Below, in pieces: positions 35,208 to 41,959 of a stretch of 41,959 nt of DNA. The translations under genes and the position numbers were made by a program. The stretch's first letter is position 1. Every line of letters starts with the position of its first letter. The notes under the pieces were generated by a model. It ran no database searches. It was not told the DNA's origin and saw only the letters and a list, made by a program, of their open reading frames with translations. Origin of the DNA: a candidate division FCPU426 bacterium (GTDB lineage: Bacteria > Oederibacteriota > Muellerivitia > Muellerivitales > Muellerivitaceae); NCBI GenBank assembly GCA_963830915.1, contig CAWHOE010000002.1, positions 1 through 41,959 of the forward strand, given 5' to 3'.

Positions 35208-37189
35208 ATGTTCGAACGCATCAAGCAATTGTTATTTGGCCAGGATAAAGACCCCCTCGCGCCTGACGTATTCCACAAGATCACCTTGGTCGCGTTTCTA
35301 GCTTGGGTCGGCCTGGGCGCTGACGGATTGTCCTCCTCTTCTTACGGACCCGAGGAAGCCTACCGGGCTTTAGGCGTGGAACATCATCACATCGCTTTTT
35401 TCCTGGCGCTGGCGGTCGCAGCCACGGTCTTTATCATCTCCGCCAGTTACAGCCAGATCATCGAGTACTTCCCCTCAGGCGGCGGCGGTTATGTGGTCGC
35501 TTCCAAACTCCTCTCTCCCGGCGCAGGTCTGGTCTCCGGGTCCGCTCTTCTAGTCGACTATATCCTTACCATCAACCTCTCCATCGCGGCCGGCGCGGAC
35601 GCCATCTACAGTTTTTGCCCAGCCTCTTGGGCCACGACCAAATTGACCGCGGAGATCGCCCTGGTCCTTCTGCTCATCTGGCTCAATATGCGGGGCATCA
35701 AGGAATCCATCACGACTCTCCTCCCCATCTTCCTTCTCTTCGTGGGAACCCATATCGTGCTCATACTCGCCGGGCTGATCGGACAATCCTCTCATTTGGG
35801 ACCCATGGTCACCGGGGCATTTCAAGAAACCCATCAGATCACCTCTAGCTCCTTAGGGGTCTGGGGTTTCCTGGTCGTCTTCTTCACTGCCTATAGTTTG
35901 GGCGGCGGGACTTATACGGGCATTGAGGCCGTCTCCAACGGATTGAACAACCTGCGGGAGCCCAGGGTTCAGACCGGCAAGAAGACCATGTTGTACATGG
36001 CCACCTCTCTGGCCCTGACCGCCGGCGGCATCCTGGTCCTTTATATGCTTTGGGACGTCCAGCATGTCCCGGACAAGACCATGAACGACACGTTGGCCGA
36101 AGCTGTTTTCGCCAATTGGAATTGGGGCGGGATCGCCATCGGGAAAGCCCTCGTGTACCTGACGATCCTTTCGGAAGGCCTCCTCCTTTTCGTCGCGGCC
36201 CAGACCGGTTTCATCGACGGTCCCAATGTTCTTTCCAATATGGCCGTGGATTCCTGGATGCCCCACCGCTTCGCCAACCTTTCCCACCGACTGGTCCGCA
36301 TGAACGGTATCCTGGTCATGGGCATTTCCACACTCATCATCCTCATCCTGGCGGGCGGTAGCGTTGATTTCATGATCGTCCTCTACGCCATCAACGTGTA
36401 CGTCACCTTCAGCCTTTCCCAGCTTTCCATGTGCGTCCATTGGTGGCAGGCCCGTAAGTCCCAGAAGGATTGGGTCCGGAGATTCTTCATCAATGGCCTG
36501 GGTCTTTCCCTGACCCTCATCATCCTCATCGCCACCATCCTGGCCAAATTCACCCAGGGAGGTTTCATCACCATTATCCTGACGACCGGGATCATCTTCT
36601 TATGCGTATTAGTGAAACGGCATTATCGAGGTGTGCAAACAGCCTTGAAACGCCTCGATGACGCCCTGACCAACCTGCCCCTGCCCGACTTAAGCGCCGA
36701 TGAGCCGGCCCTGGGCCCCTGCGATCGGACCAAACCCGTCGCGGTGATGATGGTGATCGGTACAACGGTCTGGGCATCCACGCCATCTTCTCGGTCCAAA
36801 AACTCTTCGGGAACCGCTTCAAGGATTTCTTGTTCATCTCGGTCGCTCGGATCGATTCCTCCAAGTTCAAGGGGGTTGAGGAGTTGGAAAACCTAAGGAA
36901 GAACACCGAGGAAAATCAGCATAAATACGTGGAATTGTGCCACAAAATGGGGTATCGGGCCGAGTCACGCTACCTGGTGGATGTGGATTTGTTCGAGGGC
37001 TTGGACCATATCGCCGATGGGGTGGTGCACGACTTCAATGAACCTACCTTCTTCTCGGGCAAGCTCATCTTTGCCAAGGAGAACCTCTGGACCAACCTGC
37101 TCCATAACCAGGCCGCGTTGGAGATCCAACGCCGTTTGCTGTTCAAGGGTAACAACATGGTCATCGTGCCGGTGAGGGTACTGGAATAG
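35208..37189 (+). CDS. kimA: KimA/YdaO-like APC potassium transporter (one frameshift near 36755)
   Basis: GADGLSSSSYGPEE, SGGGGY, TGIEAVSNG. Adding one G (GTG[G]AT CGG) gives VMMVDRYNGLGIHAIF...FISVARIDSSKFKG and joins both ORFs. Confidence 0.8.
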
Positions 37190-37293
37190 TCCGAAGGAAA
37201 ATTAAATTCGAAGAACAGGTCGGTTGACCTTTTTTCGTTTTGATGGTTGCTGGATCTCATGAAAATGAGAATTTTAATCTGTGGAGGTTGCCT

Positions 37294-37368
37294 ATGGACG
37301 CGTTAGCACCGGGATTGATCATTGTGGTGTTGGTTGTCTTGAGCGCGTTTTATCTCAAGAGCATCTGA
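37294..37368 (+). CDS. 24-aa single-TM microprotein
   Basis: GGAGG RBS 6 nt before ATG; MDALAPGLIIVVLVVLSAFYLKSI. Confidence 0.65.
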   Translation: MDALAPGLIIVVLVVLSAFYLKSI

Positions 37369-37374
37369 AAACTT

Positions 37375-37423
37375 AAACGAGGACGGACAATGAATTTTCG
37401 TCATTGATCCGTCCTCGTTTTTT
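37375..37423. terminator. Shared terminator between convergent kimA-like and kdp units
   Basis: AAACGAGGACGGA-CAATGA...TCATTG-A-TCCGTCCTCGTTT long stem; T-tract on the + strand. Confidence 0.85.
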
Positions 37424-37433
37424 CCTTCCCCTT

Positions 37434-37514
37434 TTACTCGTTGAAGAACAGGTAATAAACACTCATGCTGATCAAGGTCAATACAATGACCCCTGAAAGC
37501 CAAACTCCTCCCAT
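37434..37514 (-). CDS. 26-aa single-TM KdpF-like microprotein downstream of kdpC
   Basis: AAGGGGAGG RBS; MGGVWLSGVIVLTLISMSVYYLFFNE; starts 20 nt after the kdpC stop. Confidence 0.7.
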   Translation of the reverse strand: MGGVWLSGVIVLTLISMSVYYLFFNE

Positions 37515-37533
37515 GATGTCCTCCCCTTTTAAT

Positions 37534-38136
37534 TTATTTTGAAGCCGACGCCGTCAGGGCGTCCAAAGCCAGATTCAACTTCAACACATTCACTCCCGGG
37601 TCTCCGATGAACCCCAGGAAACGGTCCTGAGTGTTCGCCGCCACTAACTCCCTCACTTTCGCGACGTCCAAACCCCGGGTTTTCGCCACCCTGGTCACTT
37701 GGTACTCCGCCGCCGCCGGGCTGATCTGGGGGTCCAATCCCGATCCTGAGGCAGTCACCAGGTCCATGGGCACCGGCCTGTCCGCCATGTCCGGGTGGGC
37801 TTTCTTTAAGGCATCCACCCTTCCCTTGACCATATTGATGAAATCCGGATTCGTGGGTCCGGAATTGGATCCTCCCGAACTGGCGGCGTTATAGGCCTGG
37901 GGCGAAGTCGCGCTGGGACGACTCCAGAAATATTTCACGTCATCGAAGGGCTGGCCGATCAATTCCGACCCCATAGTCTTCCCATTCACCACGATCAGAC
38001 TGCCTGAGGCCTGGCGAGGAAAAAGGATCTGTCCGAAGAGTGTCACCACCGCGGGATAGATCAAACCCACCAAAAGTGTGAACACGACCACGAAAAGGAA
38101 CGAAAGTTTTGTTTGTTTCACTAATTCTTTGAACAT
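37534..38136 (-). CDS. kdpC: K+-transporting ATPase subunit C
   Basis: [48 protein letters not shown]. Confidence 0.96.
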   Translation of the reverse strand: MFKELVKQTKLSFLFVVVFTLLVGLIYPAVVTLFGQILFPRQASGSLIVVNGKTMGSELIGQPFDDVKYFWSRPSATSPQAYNAASSGGSNSGPTNPDFINMVKGRVDALKKAHPDMADRPVPMDLVTASGSGLDPQISPAAAEYQVTRVAKTRGLDVAKVRELVAANTQDRFLGFIGDPGVNVLKLNLALDALTASASK

Positions 38137-38153
38137 AAAACCCTCCTTGTTGG

Positions 38154-40226
38154 TTACACCAATCCCAAAGAAACTAGGATCACGTCGATCAACTTTATCC
38201 CGATAAAAGGCACGACCAGCCCGCCTACTCCGTAAACCAGGAAATTGTTCAAAAGCAACTGCGATGCGGATGCCGGCTTGTACCGGACCCCCTTCAGGGC
38301 CAGGGGCACCAGAAAAACGATGATGACCGCGTTGAAGATGACCGCCGACAAGATGGCCGACTGAGAACTATGCAAACGCATGATGTTCAGGGCGTCCAAT
38401 TCCGGATAGGTTAGGGCGAAAGCCGCCGGGATGATGGCGAAATACTTCGCCACGTCGTTGGCGATACTGAAGGTCGTCAACGAACCCCTTGTCATCAAAA
38501 GCTGTTTCCCGATCTTGACCACCTCAATGAGCTTGGTAGGGTTGGAATCCAGGTCCACCATGTTTCCCGCTTCCTTCGCGGCCTGAGTGCCGGTGTTCAT
38601 GGCCACCGCCACATCGGCCTGGGCCAGGGCTGGGGCGTCGTTTGTCCCGTCCCCTGCCATAGCGACCAGCCGTCCTCCGGCCTGGGATTCGCGAATAAGC
38701 TTCAATTTGGCCTCAGGAGTAGCCTGGGCCAGGAAATCATCCACGCCCGCCTCAGCCGCGATGGCGGCGGCGGTCAGGGGATTGTCCCCCGTGATCATGA
38801 CTGTCTTGATGCCCATCCTGCGCAGTTCGGCAAAGCGCTCCTGAATGCCGCCCTTCACGATATCTTTCAGGTGGATCACACCCAGGACCTTCTTTCCTTC
38901 GGCCACTACCAGAGGCGTCCCGCCCCGGCGAGCGATAGCATCCACTCCAACCCGTACGTCATCGGGATATTTGCCACCCTCGTCTTTGATGTATTTCTCG
39001 ACCGCGTCCGCCGAACCCTTCCGGATGGATCGCTTTCCAATATCCACCCCGCTCATGCGGGTTTGGGCTGTGAAGGGAATGAAATTTGCCTTCAATTGCT
39101 GGATTTCCTGGCCTCGAAGCCCGTACTTTTCCTTGGCCAACACTACGATACTGCGGCCTTCGGGCGTCTCATCCGCCAGGGAGGAAAGCTGGGCGGCTTC
39201 GGCCAGATCTTTGATGTCTATACCAGCGGCCGGGATGAACTCGGTAGCCTGTCGGTTGCCCAAAGTGATGGTGCCGGTTTTATCCAACAGAAGCATGTCC
39301 ACATCACCGGCGGCCTCGACCGCCCGTCCCGACATGGCGATGACATTGGCTTGGATCATCCGGTCCATGCCCGCGATACCGATGGCCGATAGAAGTCCGC
39401 CGATGGTCGTAGGCGCCAAACATACAAAAAGGGCGACCAGCACCGTCACCGTAACCACCGTCCCCGCTCCCGAGACCGCTACGCTGAAGATGGAAAAAGG
39501 AAGCAAGGTCCCGCAGACGATAAGGAACACGATGGTCAAAGCGGCCAAAAGGATATTCAAGGCGATCTCATTGGGGGTCTTCTGGCGTTTCGCGCCTTCC
39601 ACCATGGAGATCATGCGGTCCAGGAAGGACTCACCCGGGTTGGAGGATACCCTCACGATCAGCCAGTCGGAAATGACACGGGTACCACCTGTAACCGCGC
39701 TCCGGTCACCGCCGGACTCGCGCACGACTGGAGCGGACTCACCCGTGATCGCGCTTTCGTCCACCATGGAGATCCCCACTACAGCTTCACCATCAGCCGG
39801 AATGAAGTCCCCCGCTTCGACCAACACCAGGTCTCCTTTGCGCAGGTCGCCGGACAATACCTCAGTGACCTTGGAGTCCTTATCGGCCTTGGAGAGCTTC
39901 TTGGCATTCACTTCCTGGCGACTCTTGCGAAGGGTGTCGGCTTGAGCCTTGCCTCGACCTTCCGCCATGGCCTCAGCGAAATTGGCGAAGATCACCGTGA
40001 ACCACAACCATAGGGAAACGGCGAAAATGAAACTTGAAGCGCCTTCCCCCTTGCCGGTCAGGGCCTGAAGCCATAACCCCGTGGTCAGGATGCTCCCCAC
40101 GTAGACCGTGAACATGACCGGGTTCTTGACCATGTGGACCGGCGATAGTTTCTTGAACGACTCGACGATCGCCTTGCGGGTGATCTCAGGTTCGAATAAT
40201 TTGCGGGCCTTCGTGCTTTCAGTCAT
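38154..40226 (-). CDS. kdpB: K+-transporting ATPase subunit B
   Basis: [44 protein letters not shown] before ATG 40226. Confidence 0.97.
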   Translation of the reverse strand: MTESTKARKLFEPEITRKAIVESFKKLSPVHMVKNPVMFTVYVGSILTTGLWLQALTGKGEGASSFIFAVSLWLWFTVIFANFAEAMAEGRGKAQADTLRKSRQEVNAKKLSKADKDSKVTEVLSGDLRKGDLVLVEAGDFIPADGEAVVGISMVDESAITGESAPVVRESGGDRSAVTGGTRVISDWLIVRVSSNPGESFLDRMISMVEGAKRQKTPNEIALNILLAALTIVFLIVCGTLLPFSIFSVAVSGAGTVVTVTVLVALFVCLAPTTIGGLLSAIGIAGMDRMIQANVIAMSGRAVEAAGDVDMLLLDKTGTITLGNRQATEFIPAAGIDIKDLAEAAQLSSLADETPEGRSIVVLAKEKYGLRGQEIQQLKANFIPFTAQTRMSGVDIGKRSIRKGSADAVEKYIKDEGGKYPDDVRVGVDAIARRGGTPLVVAEGKKVLGVIHLKDIVKGGIQERFAELRRMGIKTVMITGDNPLTAAAIAAEAGVDDFLAQATPEAKLKLIRESQAGGRLVAMAGDGTNDAPALAQADVAVAMNTGTQAAKEAGNMVDLDSNPTKLIEVVKIGKQLLMTRGSLTTFSIANDVAKYFAIIPAAFALTYPELDALNIMRLHSSQSAILSAVIFNAVIIVFLVPLALKGVRYKPASASQLLLNNFLVYGVGGLVVPFIGIKLIDVILVSLGLV

Positions 40227-40293
40227 TTTAAAATCTCCTTTTCTCGTGCTTGGTGAAGCTTGAGACTGCGCCCTGGTCATCCCGGGCTTTTGA

Positions 40294-40494
40294 TCATTTT
40301 CCGTTCGCTATTTGACTTTCCTGGCAATCCCCTTCCTTTGAAGCTTTCGTTTCTTTCGCATATTGAGCCATCCTTGCGATCGCCAGTACGGCAGCGGACC
40401 AAACCGCCAGAAAAACAGAGACGCGGATGTTGTCTAAGGGGGTGGAAGCCCCATTCATCAGCAACCCGATCATTTCTTTTTCGATCGGAAGCAT
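40294..40494 (-). CDS. 66-aa single-TM protein between kdpA and kdpB
   Basis: AAGGAGG RBS; one hydrophobic helix [16 protein letters not shown] and a charged tail; fills the kdpA-kdpB gap. Confidence 0.65.
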   Translation of the reverse strand: MLPIEKEMIGLLMNGASTPLDNIRVSVFLAVWSAAVLAIARMAQYAKETKASKEGDCQESQIANGK

Positions 40495-40517
40495 CCCGTC
40501 TTTCCTCCTTTATTTCA

Positions 40518-41959
40518 TTACATTTTCAACATCTTCAAGTGTTCCACGATGGGTCCAAGAGCCAGCGCCGGGAAAAAGGTCAGGGCGCCCACGATGATGA
40601 TGGTCGATACCAGCATGACCACGAAAAGCAGGGTGTGGGTCGGAAGGGTCCCCGCGGTCTCAGGAACGACTTTCTTTTTCGCCAGACTGCCCGCGATAGC
40701 CAGGGCCGGAATGGCCAGCCAGAAACGGCCGAACCACATGGCCACCGCCCCCATCAGGTTATAAAAGGGCGTGTTGCCGTTGATCCCGGCGAAGGCGCTC
40801 CCGTTATTGGCCACTTGGGAGGTGAAGGCGTATAGGATCTCGCTAAAACCATGCGCCCCGGGGTTGGAAGGCCCCAACTTACCCGAGTCGGTGATCACCG
40901 CGATGGCGGTCAGGATCAGGATGGCCATGGGAGGGATGAGGATAATGAGGGAGGCCATCTTCATCTCAAAGGACTGTATCTTCTTGCCCAGGTATTCGGG
41001 TGTGCGGCCCACCATGAGGCCCGCCACGAAGACCGCCACGATGACGAAGACCAGCATGACGTAAAGTCCCGAACCGACCCCGCCGAACACTACCTCGCCA
41101 AGCATCAACATCCAAAGGGGCACGAAACCTCCCAGGGGGGTGAAAGAGTCGTGCATAGAATTGACCGCGCCGCAGGAAGTGCCGGTGGTGGCCGTGGCCC
41201 AGAAGGCGGAATTGCCGATACCAAAACGGACTTCCTTTCCTTCCATATTGCCGTCGTTCAAAGCAACCCCATGACTTCCCACTGTGAGCTTATTCAGGAG
41301 AGGATTCCCGGTCTGTTCCGAATTCACGCAGAGGTAGACCATCGGGAGAAAGAGGATCAGCATGGCTCCCAGCACCGCCCAGCCCTGCCTGCGGTCGCCC
41401 GCCATGACCCCGAAGGTATAGCAAAGGGCCGCGGCGATGGCCAACAAACCCACGACCTCCAATAGGTTCGTCAGGGGCGTCGGATTCTCGTAAGGGTGTG
41501 CAGAGTTGGCGTTGTAAAAGCCGCCGCCATTGGTGCCTAACTGCTTGATGGCGATCTGAGAAGCCACCGGCCCCACTGCCAGGGACTGGTCCGTGACCAC
41601 CACATGGGTCATGGTGGGTTTGCCGTCCTTACCCATCACGGTCACCCCCTGGGCGTTGGTCACAGGCTGGTCATAGGAAGTCGGCTGGACCAAAGTGGCC
41701 GTCGGGTAAGGCGCGAAGGTTTGGGGCGTGCCTTGCTGGATCAAAACCAGGGCCATCACGAAGCTCAATGGGAGAAGGATATAGAGGGTGGTTCGGGTCA
41801 TATCCACCCAAAAATTGCCAAGCTTATCGGTTTGCTTGCGGGTAAAACCCCGGAAGAAAGCCACCAGCGTAGCCATTCCGCTGGCCGCAGAAAGGAAGTT
41901 GTGCACGGCCAACCCGGCCATTTGGGTGAAATAACTCAGGGTGGATTCGCCGCCGTAAT
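40518..41959 (-). CDS. kdpA: K+-transporting ATPase subunit A (5' part outside window)
   Basis: [64 protein letters not shown]. Confidence 0.97.
   Translation of the reverse strand, partial: YGGESTLSYFTQMAGLAVHNFLSAASGMATLVAFFRGFTRKQTDKLGNFWVDMTRTTLYILLPLSFVMALVLIQQGTPQTFAPYPTATLVQPTSYDQPVTNAQGVTVMGKDGKPTMTHVVVTDQSLAVGPVASQIAIKQLGTNGGGFYNANSAHPYENPTPLTNLLEVVGLLAIAAALCYTFGVMAGDRRQGWAVLGAMLILFLPMVYLCVNSEQTGNPLLNKLTVGSHGVALNDGNMEGKEVRFGIGNSAFWATATTGTSCGAVNSMHDSFTPLGGFVPLWMLMLGEVVFGGVGSGLYVMLVFVIVAVFVAGLMVGRTPEYLGKKIQSFEMKMASLIILIPPMAILILTAIAVITDSGKLGPSNPGAHGFSEILYAFTSQVANNGSAFAGINGNTPFYNLMGAVAMWFGRFWLAIPALAIAGSLAKKKVVPETAGTLPTHTLLFVVMLVSTIIIVGALTFFPALALGPIVEHLKMLKM

Noticed and set aside
37303..37503. 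66-aa ORF from the ORF track after kdpC
   Set aside because: It runs through the terminator; the SD-ATG at 37514 opens a different frame encoding the 26-aa TM peptide.

Overview
Bacterial DNA from a GC-rich diderm organism (outer-membrane barrels, lipoproteins). Secreted proteins with Thr/Pro linkers and 'YPNP/WPDP...WDG...G-YY' C-terminal domains suggest an uncultured lineage such as FCPU426; this assignment is inference only. The left ~1.4 kb looks like a degraded or chimeric contig end, and five intact-looking genes carry single-base indels typical of long-read error. Main modules: (1) a sigma-54 operon of porin, two P-II proteins and an SMR-like protein, with no amtB; (2) a potassium-homeostasis set: CPA2/RCK_C antiporter, APC+USP transporter, KimA-like transporter under a c-di-AMP riboswitch, and kdpABC, with three unannotated small membrane proteins and a 23-bp operator shared by two transporter promoters; (3) an ECF sigma factor and FlgD-domain anti-sigma pair with two identically spaced divergent promoter motifs, facing a sigma-54-driven zinc-finger microprotein and a cluster of secreted/surface proteins (M12 metalloprotease, vWA/DUF11 protein, TPR-beta-barrel, 7-repeat propeller lipoprotein); (4) a Fur-box divergent metal locus; (5) SDR, ABC-2 exporter and thrH. 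Two families of periodic palindromic intergenic repeats are present. No rRNA, tRNA, CRISPR array or transposase was seen.
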